Positions 21,301-35,485 of a DNA stretch of 64,000 nt are shown in pieces. A program made the position numbers and the translations under genes. The stretch's first letter is position 1. Each line of letters starts with the position of its first letter. This stretch comes from Bryobacterales bacterium (lineage in GTDB: Bacteria > Acidobacteriota > Terriglobia > Bryobacterales > Bryobacteraceae), in contig CAVXJY010000007.1 of assembly GCA_963761855.1 (NCBI GenBank), positions 28,470 to 92,469 of the forward strand, read 5' to 3'. Under the pieces are notes generated by a model. The model saw only the letters and a list, made by a program, of their open reading frames with translations. It ran no database searches and had not been told where the DNA came from.

Positions 21301-22649
21301 GCGCCACGGTGAGGCCGGGCGACATTCTGGTGGGTAAGGTGACGCCCAAGGGCGAAACTCAGCTGACGCCGGAGGAAAAGCTGCTGCGCGCGATCTTCGG
21401 CGAAAAGGCCGGCGACGTGAAAGACGCCTCGCTGTTTTGCCCGCCGGGCATCGAAGGCACGATCGTGGATTGCAAGATCTTTTCGCGCAAGGGGCAGGAG
21501 AAGGACGAGCGATCGCGGGCCATCGAAGAAACTCAGATCCAGCGTTTGCAGCGCAACCTGCAGGATGAAATCCGCATCCTCACCGACGAGCGCGCCAAGC
21601 GGTTGGGCAACCTGCTGGAAGGCAAGAAGCTGCTGGCCGACCTGCACGACGAAAAAACGAACAAGCGCCTGCTCAGCAAGGACACGGAGCTGACGCGCGA
21701 AATCATCGAGAAAGTGAAATCGCGCGATCTCAAGCGCATGCGGCTCACCAACAAGGACCCGCGGCTCAACGAGCAGATCGACGAAATCGAAGAGATGACG
21801 TCGCGCCAGATCGCGGTGCTCGAAAAGATCACTGACGAAAAGACGGCCAAGCTGCGCAAGGGCGACGAACTGCCGCCGGGCGTCATCAAGCTCGTAAAGG
21901 TCTATATCGCCATGAAGCGCAAGCTTTCGGTGGGCGACAAGATGGCGGGCCGCCACGGCAACAAGGGCGTGATCGCGCGCATCCTGCCGGAAGAGGACAT
22001 GCCGTACATGCCGGATGGGACGCCGGTGGAAATCGTGCTCAATCCGCTGGGCGTGCCTTCGCGCATGAACGTGGGGCAGATTCTGGAAACGCACCTTGGA
22101 TGGGCCGCCCAGGCGTTGGGCGTGCAGTACGCCACCCCGGTGTTCGACGGCGCCACCGAGCGCGAAATCAAGCGCGCACTGACAGAAGGCAAGCTGCCGA
22201 CTTCCGGCAAGACAAAACTCTACGACGGCCTGACCGGCACCGAGTTCGAGCAGCCGGTGACGGTGGGCTACATCTACATGATGAAGCTGTCGCACCTGGT
22301 GGACGACAAGATTCACGCGCGCTCCATCGGGCCGTACTCATTGATCACCCAACAGCCGTTGGGCGGCAAAGCGCAGTTCGGCGGCCAGCGCTTCGGCGAA
22401 ATGGAAGTTTGGGCTCTCGAAGCCTACGGCGCCGCGTACATTCTGCAGGAACTGCTCACGGCCAAGTCGGACGACGTATATGGCCGCGCCAAGATTTACG
22501 AAGCGATTGTCAAGGGCGAAGCGGCTATTGAACCCGGTGTGCCGGAATCGTTCAACGTGCTGATTCGCGAGTTGCAGTCGCTGTGTCTGGATGTCGAGTT
22601 AATGAAGAAGCCGCACGAAGTGGCGGATACCGCGCTGGCGGCGGACTAA
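18351..22649 (+). CDS. rpoB: DNA-directed RNA polymerase subunit beta, with an N-terminal zinc-ribbon insertion
   Basis: 1432 aa, with canonical beta-subunit motifs throughout (e.g. [23 protein letters not shown]). Confidence 0.98.
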   Translation: MANQNNGAVPERVDFSKIKTSIPIPNLIEVQKNSYERFLQMDQLPNEREDIGLQTVFSSVFPISDFRGVSDLEFVDYSIGNWECKCGNLKGLHHLRSTCRNCGAAVRTDPFHAGDILCQRCGTFNKNVVTFCNKCGDPVGLQLKYDMQECQERGMTYAAPLKVTIRLTVYSKDPETQKKSVRDIKEQEVFFGEIPLMTDNGTFIINGTERVIVSQLHRSPGVFFERVPAQGYFLGKIIPYRGSWVEFEYDNKNLLYVRIDRKRKFYGSVFLRALGLKTDADILRAFYRISKISLKDKRLYWNVDEGLTGLKLSHAIATKGGETVVAQGKKITPSLFKEIQKAKIERVEVAANDLEGAYSAADVWDKETGEVFIDANSEITTTILSKLIDAGVDEVEVFFPERDEVGMVISSTIKKDAIKTQNEALIEIYRKLRPGDPPTLDTATQLFQGMFFDPRKYDFSRVGRMKFNIKLHDKADATSLDKRTLDSEDFRATITYLLKLRKGIGAVDDIDHLGNRRVRAVGELLENQFRIGLVRMERAIKEKMSVYQEMSTAMPHDLVNAKPVMAAIREFFGSSQLSQFMDQTNPLSEITHKRRLSALGPGGLSRERAGFEVRDVHPTHYGRICPIETPEGPNIGLISSLSCFARINEYGFIESPYRRVEKGVVIDQVKILNPGDLDYKVGDTVSRAQAEEANRKLSAKKQPAEYEAHCEYLSAWEEDKYTIAQANVALDEKGRIVPELCNARQAGNFVLKPREEIEYIDVSPKQLVSVAASLIPFLENDDANRALMGSNMQRQAVPLLRADAPYVGTGMEYVTARDSGAVVLCKRSGVVDSVDSERIIVRVEGTAHEGQLSREVGADIYQLTKFKRSNQNTCINQKPIVEVGQRVVKGHVLADGPCTDMGELALGRNVLVAFMPWRGYNFEDAILVSEKLVKEDYYTSIHIEEFEIEARDTKLGPEEITRDIPNIADSFLRNLDESGIIRIGATVRPGDILVGKVTPKGETQLTPEEKLLRAIFGEKAGDVKDASLFCPPGIEGTIVDCKIFSRKGQEKDERSRAIEETQIQRLQRNLQDEIRILTDERAKRLGNLLEGKKLLADLHDEKTNKRLLSKDTELTREIIEKVKSRDLKRMRLTNKDPRLNEQIDEIEEMTSRQIAVLEKITDEKTAKLRKGDELPPGVIKLVKVYIAMKRKLSVGDKMAGRHGNKGVIARILPEEDMPYMPDGTPVEIVLNPLGVPSRMNVGQILETHLGWAAQALGVQYATPVFDGATEREIKRALTEGKLPTSGKTKLYDGLTGTEFEQPVTVGYIYMMKLSHLVDDKIHARSIGPYSLITQQPLGGKAQFGGQRFGEMEVWALEAYGAAYILQELLTAKSDDVYGRAKIYEAIVKGEAAIEPGVPESFNVLIRELQSLCLDVELMKKPHEVADTALAAD

Positions 22650-22663
22650 CAAGGTTATAGGCA

Positions 22664-22744
22664 CGGATGAACACAGATAAACACAGATGAAGAGCAAATC
22701 CAAACAGGCTTTGTATTCTTGCTTGCTTAATCTGTGTTCATCCG
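22664..22744 (+). repeat. perfect 15-bp inverted repeat (CGGATGAACACAGAT / ATCTGTGTTCATCCG) with a 51-nt loop, in the rpoB-rpoC spacer
   Basis: Arms at 22664-22678 and 22730-22744. ACACAGAT is duplicated in tandem (22671-78 and 22681-88). The spacer 22650-22791 is visibly AT-rich. Confidence 0.8.
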
Positions 22745-22791
22745 CGGCTAATTAAGGTTTTGGTTTTTAGGTTTTCGAACTGGAGGCTATT

Positions 22792-27006
<4,215 letters not shown>

Positions 27007-27048
27007 CACAGCATCCTGGAGGCGTCTCAATGACGCCGTTGAATACCG

Positions 27049-27094
27049 AAACCGCCGGCCGCGCTTTTTCGCGCGCCGGCGGTTTCGTGTTTTC
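27049..27094. terminator. bidirectional intrinsic terminator between convergent rpoC and the last EPS gene
   Basis: AAACCGCCGGCCGCGC-TTTTT-CGCGCGCCGGCGGTTT: about 15 bp of GC-rich stem with one bulge. It is flanked by an A-tract on one side and TTTCGTGTTTT on the other. Confidence 0.7.
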
Positions 27095-27099
27095 AGTCG

Positions 27100-28308
27100 T
27101 CAGGCCTGCGAAGAGAGCGCCTGCCGGGCAGGTTGCATCTCCGGAAGCTTATCTTCCATCAGTTCCCGATAGAGCGAATCCAGGTTTGCGATCAGCGCTT
27201 CTTTGCAGTAATGAGCCGAGCTGAACAACCGGGCCGCCCGCCCCATTTCGACTACGCGTTCGGGAGAGCGCGCTAACTCGGCTAGAGCGGCAACGAACGC
27301 GTCGGCTTGCGCTTCGACCAGCGCGCCATTGTCGAACCATGCCGCCCCTGGAGTGAGACTGCGCGGCTCGCCGCAGGTCATGTCCACCACGCCCCCTGCG
27401 GCGGTAGATAGAAACGGCCGGCCGCCAGCCATGCCTTGAATCAGTGCGACGGGCGTTCCTTCATTGCAGGAGGTCTGGACGACAACATCACATGCCGCGA
27501 CAAACGGAGCCATGTCTTGTTGCCAGCCGTGCCAGGTCAAATGGCTTGCGAGTCGGGGCGCGGCCTCTGCGATCCGATAGCCTTCCGGACCATCGCCAAT
27601 AACGTGAAACTCGAACGGCTGGTTCGTTTTCTGGGCTGACGCGACAATATCAAGCAACAGACCAATATTCTTGACCCGCACGACGCGGCCAAACCACCCC
27701 ACGCGAATTCTGCCGGACGGCGAAGGTAATGGAATGTCAAGATATGGCGCAAGGTCCAGGCCAAGCGGCACGATGCGGAACTTAGACCGCGGTGCAATGC
27801 GCAGATCGGAGGCCAGTTCATTCAGTTGTTGCCGCGAGAGGACACAAATAGCATCGGTACCGCGCGCCAGTACGCGCTCTACGGCGAGGAAAACGGCGTT
27901 CTTAATCGGACTGAAGTATTGCCTCAGGCTGTTGCCATGAAACGTGTGAACGACGACCGGGACGCCTGCCAGAATCGCGGCAGTGCGGCCGATACATCCA
28001 GCCATGGCGGTATGCGTGTGGACAATGGTGGGTCTTTCGGCCCGAAGAAGGCGCCAAAGCCGCCAGAGCGCTCGCAGGTTGCGAGCCGGCGACACCGAGC
28101 GCGAAAGCTCCGGAACGCGGCGTATTGGGTCAGTTGCATCGAACAGGTAGCTCATATCGCCTTCACCAGGTTCGCAATCGCCGGCGACAAGAACGGAGGG
28201 GTAACCGCGCGCCGGCAGTTCGTGTGTGAGAAGAGCGGTGTGTATGGCAGGCCCGCCGATGGCAAGGCGGGTGATAACCCGCACGATCTTATGGATGTTT
28301 TTGGGCAT
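27100..28308 (-). CDS. GT-B fold glycosyltransferase (GT4-like)
   Basis: 402 aa. N-terminal VITRLAIGGPAIH and the C-terminal region are typical of glycosyl transferases group 1. Its start overlaps the upstream stop (TAATG). Confidence 0.8.
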   Translation of the reverse strand: MPKNIHKIVRVITRLAIGGPAIHTALLTHELPARGYPSVLVAGDCEPGEGDMSYLFDATDPIRRVPELSRSVSPARNLRALWRLWRLLRAERPTIVHTHTAMAGCIGRTAAILAGVPVVVHTFHGNSLRQYFSPIKNAVFLAVERVLARGTDAICVLSRQQLNELASDLRIAPRSKFRIVPLGLDLAPYLDIPLPSPSGRIRVGWFGRVVRVKNIGLLLDIVASAQKTNQPFEFHVIGDGPEGYRIAEAAPRLASHLTWHGWQQDMAPFVAACDVVVQTSCNEGTPVALIQGMAGGRPFLSTAAGGVVDMTCGEPRSLTPGAAWFDNGALVEAQADAFVAALAELARSPERVVEMGRAARLFSSAHYCKEALIANLDSLYRELMEDKLPEMQPARQALSSQA

Positions 28309-29588
28309 TATGGTTTAGCCGCAGTAAGCTGTTTTTTGATCACGGTGTGCTTACCGCTTGGCGCGCGTGGGATATCTTCGACAAAATGGAACACGACAGG
28401 AACCTCACCCATGCGTTCGTGGACCTTGTGTAGGAACCTGTCCTTGTCGTTTGCGGCAAATGCCTGTGGGTCGGCCACCAGATCTACGTGCAGTGCGTTG
28501 TCGCGCACCTCGACCTGAAATTTCAGTACCGTGCTGGCGCCCTTTACGCAGTCGCCGACCTGCGTACAGAAGATCTTCCCCCGCCCAGGCACCTCGATGT
28601 AGTCGGACGCTCTGCCCTGGATCGCATCGACAATCGGCGTGTCCCATCCACAAGCGCAGCCCCGCCGCTCCGACATCTTAATGCGATCCCCAATCCGGTA
28701 GCGAATGATCGGCGTGCCCGTGGCGAAGAAGGGCGTAACCAGCATTTCTCCCTCATCCGCGGCGTTCCCATTCTCATCCACAACCTCGACTACGCCAGTC
28801 GATAAGTCGAGGTGCAGATTGCCGTAGGCGCACTCCACTATGAACGGAGCTCCTTCTGATGCGCAATACTGGTTCCGCACCTTGCAGCCGAAGACGCTTT
28901 CCATCACATCGCGCTGCTCTAGCGTCAGGGTTTCGCTGGTGACGAATATCGCCTTGGGGCGGAATGGCAGCGAGGCCCGGCTGGTCTTGATAAACCGGGC
29001 AACTTCGGTTATCGCGGAAGGGAATCCCGAGAGGAAGGATGGCCCGAAACGGCATAAGTCTCGCACGTAGGCATCAAGATGCTCCTGGCTCATGTGGAAT
29101 GTGCTGTAATAACGAATCTTGTACAGCCAGTTATTGCGCCAGAAGAGTCCTTTCCGAACATCGCCATCCGACAGCAGATCGCGCCCGGAAAACCAGGCGA
29201 CCTTGTCGCGCCCAAGGCGGAACCCGTGCGTTTCCCAGAAGAGACTCAAGATAGCGGATCGTTGCTGAATGTTCTGTTTGCGGCTATATACGGTGATTCC
29301 CTTGCCGGTAGTTCCACCCGTGAAGCAAGGGACCAACTTACTCTTTGTGCCAACCACTATTTGGTCGATGTTAGCCCGCAAGTCGGCTTTCTCCAGAATC
29401 GGAGTGTCGCTGAGAGTAACCTGAGACAGCCTCGGGAACCTGGTTCGATAAAAACGGGAGTTGCTCGCGGCAAAATGAAGTAGCTCCTCCAGCCGTTCTT
29501 GTTGCAGCCGCAGCAATTCCTCAAATCTCAGCCGATGCCAGGCGCGATAGCGCCGCTGCCAGAGCCTGTATTCCCCCGTGCGGCGCAT
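28308..29588 (-). CDS. CapK-like adenylate-forming enzyme (phenylacetate-CoA ligase / coenzyme F390 synthetase family)
   Basis: ORF 28308..29936. Motifs FTGGTTGKGITVY, YCASEG and the C-terminal PRAPSGKHTVIKK. ATG 29588 is chosen because upstream codons overlap the DUF362 gene; the start is uncertain. Confidence 0.7.
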   Translation of the reverse strand: MRRTGEYRLWQRRYRAWHRLRFEELLRLQQERLEELLHFAASNSRFYRTRFPRLSQVTLSDTPILEKADLRANIDQIVVGTKSKLVPCFTGGTTGKGITVYSRKQNIQQRSAILSLFWETHGFRLGRDKVAWFSGRDLLSDGDVRKGLFWRNNWLYKIRYYSTFHMSQEHLDAYVRDLCRFGPSFLSGFPSAITEVARFIKTSRASLPFRPKAIFVTSETLTLEQRDVMESVFGCKVRNQYCASEGAPFIVECAYGNLHLDLSTGVVEVVDENGNAADEGEMLVTPFFATGTPIIRYRIGDRIKMSERRGCACGWDTPIVDAIQGRASDYIEVPGRGKIFCTQVGDCVKGASTVLKFQVEVRDNALHVDLVADPQAFAANDKDRFLHKVHERMGEVPVVFHFVEDIPRAPSGKHTVIKKQLTAAKP

Positions 29589-29662
29589 CCACTGAAGTCG
29601 CGAACTAGCGACCGTTACAGCAGCATCCCTGATTGAGGGCGAAAACAATCCCAGAAATCCGT

Positions 29663-31282
29663 TCAAGAGTGCGTCTCCACAGAATTCAGAACCCTGCCTG
29701 CCGGGTGCTCGATGTGGCCAATCCACCCGCGAGGAGCGCGGAACGGCGTCACGATCCTGCCAGGAATATCGTTTGCCGCGACGGGCGTACCGTTTAGAAG
29801 AAATGCCGCCGCGGCCGCCGGCGCAGAACTGATCGGCAGGTTTCCTTCCCGGAATGCTTCCCGGAGCAGCGGCATGCGAGCCGGGTCGAAACCCATTAGC
29901 AGAGCCGCGCCAAGGTCGGCAAAACAGGGGTCGCACGACAGCACCATCAGGCCATCCCTGCGGCCGCGAACGTAGACAGGCCCATCACCCTCGCCGGAGA
30001 CGATGCCGTCCAGAAGACAGCAAATCCTGCGAATTGGGTCGGCGGATATGGAGCCGTCGCGGCGCCCGTAGATGAGGCACTTGTCGATATCGAGCGCCAT
30101 CCGCCAGGCCGTATCGTTGCCATGCCAACTGCCGCGAATATCGACTCGGAGCAGGCGGTCGAGAATCCGGCCCAGCGTTTTATGCAGGATGCGCACGCTG
30201 TTGGGACAATCGGCGGTGGCGCGCTCGCCGATGGCCGCATAGATCCGTGTCAGCATCGTGAACCGGCGGAACTCGTCGTTTCCCTCCTCTGCTGAACCGC
30301 AGCGGTGATGCGCCAGGCACTCCTTTCGGGTGATCGCGCCCACGCCGCCCTTCAGCGCGCCCGTCAGGCCCACCTTCCCGTGGGTTTTGAGCTTGGCCAC
30401 GTGGAAGATCACGTCGCTTTCCACGACGCTCCGGTGCACTTTGTACACGTGTTTGCCCTTGCGATGGAAGCTGCGAGGCGTGTCGCTGCCGTAGTCCTCG
30501 ACCCGGAAACCAGCCAAGGCTTTCTCGGACAGCGTGTCGAGCAAACTTGCCGCACCGAGATCGAATGCGATCTCGTTACTCGGATCGAACTCCTGGGCGC
30601 CTTTCTTGGACCCGAGTGTATTCACTTGCGAAATGTATAGCCGCAGGTCGTGCGGTCCTAACTCGTCGCCAGTATATTGTGAGTAGAACTCGCGCAGACG
30701 AATGGCTCCGCTTTGCTGCGTAAGCTTGCCCATCTCCGCCGACTGCACCGGCGAGTTACCGAACTTGACGAGGGCAGCGTCGCCCGTCGCGATGATGAGA
30801 TAGTCCAGAACTGCGCGGATGACCGATGGATGAGTTAACATCGCGCTAAAATCCGTAAGGCTCTGCATCGGCCGTCTTACGGTGACGAAATTAACAAGCG
30901 CGAAGACCCTTTGCCCGCGCCGGATCCAATCGCCCAAGGGGTTCCAGGCGGCCGTACCGTAATGAGGCTCGTCCAGCCGCATCTCGCGCAACAACTCCCG
31001 AACCATGCGGTACACCGGATTTGCCTGTGGCGCCACATGCCGAAATGGGTATTCCGGATAGCGCTCATCCGGCGAAAAGAAATGCTCCGGCCCCGGATAG
31101 CGCAGTCCAGGATCGGCGTTCCGCTTGATTCCCACCTGGATGCGGTCCATGTTGACGTTCATACGGTTCATCTGCGATGTCGCCGGAGCTGAAAGATTGC
31201 CGGACTGCGTTCTCTCGGAGCGGGCACAAGGCGCCGATGTCGGCGCATTGCTTCCATATAGGCGCAGCGCGTTGTAACTCAC
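29663..31282 (-). CDS. DUF362-domain protein
   Basis: 539 aa. Pattern FALVNFV..., VIFHVAKLKTHGKVGLTGALKGGVG, and LLDGIVSGEGDGPV...LSCDPCFADLGAALLMGFDP matches the DUF362 architecture. Start is uncertain (an internal MNRMNVNM start is possible). Confidence 0.65.
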   Translation of the reverse strand: MSYNALRLYGSNAPTSAPCARSERTQSGNLSAPATSQMNRMNVNMDRIQVGIKRNADPGLRYPGPEHFFSPDERYPEYPFRHVAPQANPVYRMVRELLREMRLDEPHYGTAAWNPLGDWIRRGQRVFALVNFVTVRRPMQSLTDFSAMLTHPSVIRAVLDYLIIATGDAALVKFGNSPVQSAEMGKLTQQSGAIRLREFYSQYTGDELGPHDLRLYISQVNTLGSKKGAQEFDPSNEIAFDLGAASLLDTLSEKALAGFRVEDYGSDTPRSFHRKGKHVYKVHRSVVESDVIFHVAKLKTHGKVGLTGALKGGVGAITRKECLAHHRCGSAEEGNDEFRRFTMLTRIYAAIGERATADCPNSVRILHKTLGRILDRLLRVDIRGSWHGNDTAWRMALDIDKCLIYGRRDGSISADPIRRICCLLDGIVSGEGDGPVYVRGRRDGLMVLSCDPCFADLGAALLMGFDPARMPLLREAFREGNLPISSAPAAAAAFLLNGTPVAANDIPGRIVTPFRAPRGWIGHIEHPAGRVLNSVETHS

Positions 31283-31283
31283 T

Positions 31284-32417
31284 TCACCGGAACTGCGGAA
31301 CGTTGTTCAAACGCTCCCGGCATTGGGTCCGCCGCGCGAGCGCCGCACGACGGAGCACTTGTTCGAACGCTGCCTTCGTGCTTTGCAGGGAGTAAGACAT
31401 TTCGATCCTATTCCTGCCGGCGCGCCCTATCGACTCGCGAAGGTGCTGGTCGCCAATCAGCCTCTCGATGATACGAACGTAATCGCTGTCGCAATTCGCC
31501 AGGAACCCGTTCTTTTCGTGCTCTATGATGTGCTTATTGGCTCCCAGATTCGCGCCAACCGCCGGCACTCCACAGCCCATGTATTGGACCAGTTTGAAAC
31601 CGCATTTACCCCAGGCAAACGGCTCATCGACCAAGGGCATGATTCCGATATCGAAGCGCTTGATCACGTCGCACTCGGTGGCCTCATTCCAAGGAATGTT
31701 CTCAACCGGCACGCCTGGTAAGGAGAAAGTTCTCGGCGTGCCAATACAGCGAAGGAGGATGGAGTGTTTGGCGGCGATTTGCTGCAGAGCTCCACCGCAC
31801 GATGCCAGGTAGCGCGCCGTCACCGGCGTACCGATCCAGCCGATGACGAACCGGCTTTCGGCGCAAACGTAGTCCGCTTTCGCGGTGTAGCGATCCATGT
31901 CTACCACGGTAGGCAGAATTGTTACGGCATCCGTGAATCGCCGCGCATATACACTCAGGTAATCGTTGCCGACGATCACCTCGCGGGAAAGCGCCATTAA
32001 CTGCGAAACCTTTTTGTGTAGCGGCGTGTTCTCGTACCGTACGAAAACCGCGTCATCATAGTCGACGACGATGCCGCCGTGATGACGTAAAGTTGCCTGC
32101 GTCAGAAAGAATGGAAGACGAGGGAACACCTCGTTCTGAACGTAAACGACGTCGAATCGGTTCAGCCGCGTCCGTGCCAGAAAAGATATGCGGCGCGAAT
32201 AGGCCGCCAGCGCCCGCATCGCGGAGCGCTTGCTGGTGCCATAGAAGTCCGCAAGATACCGGTCCGAAAACAACGGCTCGCACGCCACCTTCCATCCGGC
32301 AGCTTCCAGGTACGGAATGTACTGAAACACCCTGTGCCGTGAAGCGGCGCCTTGGCGCGCATATTTAAGCAGAAAGAGAATCCGCAACGGGTCGCCTTCC
32401 TGTATCGCGCAAGTCAC
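31284..32417 (-). CDS. GT-B fold glycosyltransferase
   Basis: 377 aa. ILFLLKYARQGAASRHRVFQYIPYLEAAG at the N-terminus and a C-terminal GT1-like region (MPLVDEPFAWGKCGFKLVQYMGCGVPAV). Confidence 0.7.
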   Translation of the reverse strand: MTCAIQEGDPLRILFLLKYARQGAASRHRVFQYIPYLEAAGWKVACEPLFSDRYLADFYGTSKRSAMRALAAYSRRISFLARTRLNRFDVVYVQNEVFPRLPFFLTQATLRHHGGIVVDYDDAVFVRYENTPLHKKVSQLMALSREVIVGNDYLSVYARRFTDAVTILPTVVDMDRYTAKADYVCAESRFVIGWIGTPVTARYLASCGGALQQIAAKHSILLRCIGTPRTFSLPGVPVENIPWNEATECDVIKRFDIGIMPLVDEPFAWGKCGFKLVQYMGCGVPAVGANLGANKHIIEHEKNGFLANCDSDYVRIIERLIGDQHLRESIGRAGRNRIEMSYSLQSTKAAFEQVLRRAALARRTQCRERLNNVPQFR

Positions 32418-32430
32418 TTCACGTTACTTC

Positions 32431-33405
32431 CTACTGGATTTGCACAGCGTCTGATGGGCATCGTTTCTCGTAGAGAGCCTTCGCGCCGCGACTCCACAAC
32501 ATTCGATAACCGGCCAGCACGGCTTTTAGATCCCCAAGGGAGCGCTTCAGCAGTATTGCGTCCAGCAGTCGCAGTGGCGGTTCGACGGCGACCGTAACGG
32601 CTGCTACAAATAGGGTGCCCATACGACTGAAGTGCTTTCGGGCATAATACGCCCGGCTCCGCAAGGCGTAAACCATTCGGTCCGCCTTGACGTCGCGCGA
32701 GGTGCCGCACCCGATGTGGAGTATGCGCACGTCCGCGAGATAAACGACGCCCCATCCTGCGGCGCGCAACCTGCAAGACAGATCGACGTCCTCGAAATAC
32801 AAAAAGAAAGCTTCATCGAAACCGCCAATGGCCTCAAAGACCCGCCGGCGCACGAAGTAGCAGGCTCCCATGACATGATCGACCTCGCGAGTTACATCGT
32901 GAGCCCAGTTCCGCATTAGAACGCCGGGAAACCAGCGCGGAGCGATCCGGTCCAGGCCGAGAACGCTGGTCACGAGCCGGATAGCGTTGGGGAAGCGTGC
33001 ACACGTCCGCGTGCACTCCCCGGATTCCTCTAGAAGCTGTACCCCCACGACAGCGACTTGTACATTGATGGGATCTTCCAGAAATGCCAACGGGCGCTGC
33101 AGCGCGTTTCCGCCCAGGCAGGTGTCCGGGTTCAGAAACAGAAGGTAATCGGCGGCGGCCACCTTCGCCGCCTGGTTGCAGGCCGCTGCGAACCCGATAT
33201 TTCTATCGTTGCGGATCGTGTGAATGTGCAATGGCCCGTTGCCTATGCCGTCCGCGGAACCGTCCGTGGATGCATTATCGATTACAATCACTTGGTTCAG
33301 CACCAGCCTGCTCCGCACGCATTTGGCTACGCTTGCGAGACATGCCCGCAATTGTCCGCCGGCGTTCCAGTTCACGATAATAATGTCTAGTGAGGGGACA
33401 GGCAT
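32431..33405 (-). CDS. family 2 glycosyltransferase (rhamnosyltransferase-like)
   Basis: 324 aa. LDIIIVNWNAGGQL...VIVIDNASTDGS...YLLFLNPD is a canonical GT2 pattern. Confidence 0.85.
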   Translation of the reverse strand: MPVPSLDIIIVNWNAGGQLRACLASVAKCVRSRLVLNQVIVIDNASTDGSADGIGNGPLHIHTIRNDRNIGFAAACNQAAKVAAADYLLFLNPDTCLGGNALQRPLAFLEDPINVQVAVVGVQLLEESGECTRTCARFPNAIRLVTSVLGLDRIAPRWFPGVLMRNWAHDVTREVDHVMGACYFVRRRVFEAIGGFDEAFFLYFEDVDLSCRLRAAGWGVVYLADVRILHIGCGTSRDVKADRMVYALRSRAYYARKHFSRMGTLFVAAVTVAVEPPLRLLDAILLKRSLGDLKAVLAGYRMLWSRGAKALYEKRCPSDAVQIQ

Positions 33406-33433
33406 AAGTCGGCGCGCTCGAGCGTGCGCACTT

Positions 33434-34756
33434 TCAAGCCGCCGGGGCCAACGCCGCGCGATTGAAGCTGGAGGTCTTCAATCTGCGAGGATAGCTCTGA
33501 CGCTGAATGTCATTGACAAAGACTACAACACACGGCAGAAGAGCGATCGTGCGTAGGTCAATCAGGTTATCAAATCCGAATTCGAAAGCAATGAAGATAA
33601 GGAATAGAGCCAGGCTGAGCCGTGGTTGCCGCACATTATGGCGCACAAAAACCCAGAAGCCGCCATAAATGCAAGCGAGCAGCACGATCGAGCCCCTCAA
33701 CACGTACTCCACGGGGCCGCAGTCAACGAACCAGAGGTCCAGTGAGTATCGCACGCCGACAGGCGAAAACGGATGTGACCGGATGTATTCGAGATCCTTA
33801 ATGACCGGGGAGTCAGCCTCGTAGCGCGCCCGATATCCGTTGATATCCGAGTCCAACCTGTTCTGCACAAGCCCGGCACTTGCGGCCGCGTCCTCTTTGT
33901 ATTGCACAAGCGCCCATGTCCCCACTAAAACCGCCGACGCAGCAATCAGCTTGATGAAGACCGACCTGTGCCGGCCCATACCAATCAGAAGTTGCACGAT
34001 TCCAATGGCGCCAAACGCGATGCTCGTCACGCTGAAGACCGAGAGACACAGACCCAGGTACGCAAGGGCTATTAGGAGAGCTAAGGCTGTTCTGGCCGAA
34101 CGAATGGTGCCTGCCGCCTTGAATACCTGGAAATGCATCCAGAAGAAGAGGTAATAGTAGAACGCCGCCACGGAATGAGTGCCGAAAGTGAGCACTGGCC
34201 TTCCCAATTCCATCATGTTTGGCACCAGGTCGCTATAGAAAACCGAGTAATACCCCGCTAGGAGTGTCTTCACCGGAGTTATATCCAAGAGAACGGCCGC
34301 TCCAAGGCCAAGGTTGATGCCATCGGCCAACATGACTGTGCGAAGGAACCACTTTCCCGCCCCAAGGTCCCCTAGGTTCGTCGAAAGCACGATGGCGAGA
34401 AGGCCATAAACGCCGAGCGCGCCGTATGCCAGGTCCTGCAGCGGCGAAACAAGCGTTGCCGCTAACAGAGTGACTGGAATCAGCAGGCTGTTCAGGATGG
34501 GGCGCCACCCGATACGGCCGTTCGGCGGCAGCCAGAGGCTCAGCAAGAGTATGAGCACGGATAAGTGCTGCAGTGCTGCCAGGCCCGTCGATATGTCACC
34601 ATGGTACGACGTGGGGAAGTATAAGCCGACCAGCCAGAGAAGGGGCAGTGCTGCCGCGCGTAAACCGTTGGAGGAGGCTCGTCCATTAGTCTGCCATGCC
34701 CTTTGGCCTGTCGCTGTATCCGGCGTCCTGTGTAGGATCATTTTGTCGCGGCTCAC
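33434..34756 (-). CDS. polytopic membrane protein, O-antigen polymerase/ligase-like (Wzy candidate)
   Basis: 440 aa with about 10 predicted TM helices, placed between a GT and an acetyltransferase in a Wzx-containing locus. Assignment is by context and topology. Confidence 0.5.
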   Translation of the reverse strand: MSRDKMILHRTPDTATGQRAWQTNGRASSNGLRAAALPLLWLVGLYFPTSYHGDISTGLAALQHLSVLILLLSLWLPPNGRIGWRPILNSLLIPVTLLAATLVSPLQDLAYGALGVYGLLAIVLSTNLGDLGAGKWFLRTVMLADGINLGLGAAVLLDITPVKTLLAGYYSVFYSDLVPNMMELGRPVLTFGTHSVAAFYYYLFFWMHFQVFKAAGTIRSARTALALLIALAYLGLCLSVFSVTSIAFGAIGIVQLLIGMGRHRSVFIKLIAASAVLVGTWALVQYKEDAAASAGLVQNRLDSDINGYRARYEADSPVIKDLEYIRSHPFSPVGVRYSLDLWFVDCGPVEYVLRGSIVLLACIYGGFWVFVRHNVRQPRLSLALFLIFIAFEFGFDNLIDLRTIALLPCVVVFVNDIQRQSYPRRLKTSSFNRAALAPAA

Positions 34757-35454
34757 TGGCTCAGGTCGCGAGGCGATGGCATAGCTTCGAGCGGACCTGG
34801 TCGCGTTGCAGCAGGCTGATTGGGGGACGCTGGCATTTCAAATGAGTGTATGAACTCGCTGGCCTGTGGGCTCGAGAGGAGAGGCACCGCTGCCATCACC
34901 TGGGCGTCCGGCCAATTCCACCAGCCAATCGCCAGCAGAGCACTGACTGTTGGCGCGTCAAAACGATAGCGGATAACTGTCCCCGGGACTCCGCCCACGA
35001 TTGCATATGGCGGAACATCCTTGGTGACCACAGACCCCGCTGCAATAATGGCGCCATCGCCGATGGAGATGCCCGATAGTATGGTCACACGATGAGCCAT
35101 CCATACGTCTGAGCCGATCCGCACGTCCCCTTTGGAAGACGGCGTTCCATCCTCGTAGGCACCTTCGAGACCGAACCTGATACGTAGCGGATGGGTTGAG
35201 ACCCACTGCGTAGGGTGGTCGCCTCCCAAAAGGATGGACACTTCTTCGGCAATGGAAACGTAGTTCCCTATCACGAGTCTGCTGTGATTCCCTGGGAAAA
35301 CCTGCACCGACGGTATGCCATAGCAATGGCGGCCTACAGTTACTATGCCGTCGCGGAGCAGGCGGTCAAACGGGCCTCTCATTCTGCCTATCCAGAGATA
35401 CCGGTAGACCAAGGAAAGTAGGCGCGCGGACACGGTAATGAGTGTCTGTCTCAT
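34753..35454 (-). CDS. hexapeptide-repeat O-acetyltransferase (xenobiotic acyltransferase/CatB-like)
   Basis: 233 aa. The left-handed beta-helix repeats IGSDVWMAHRVTILSGISIGDGAIIAAGSVVTKDVPPYAIVGGVPG. ATGA overlap with the next gene. Confidence 0.8.
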   Translation of the reverse strand: MRQTLITVSARLLSLVYRYLWIGRMRGPFDRLLRDGIVTVGRHCYGIPSVQVFPGNHSRLVIGNYVSIAEEVSILLGGDHPTQWVSTHPLRIRFGLEGAYEDGTPSSKGDVRIGSDVWMAHRVTILSGISIGDGAIIAAGSVVTKDVPPYAIVGGVPGTVIRYRFDAPTVSALLAIGWWNWPDAQVMAAVPLLSSPQASEFIHSFEMPASPNQPAATRPGPLEAMPSPRDLSQ

Positions 35455-35485
35455 GGGTGATCTGCGGAAGTGGCAGTTTGACCGA

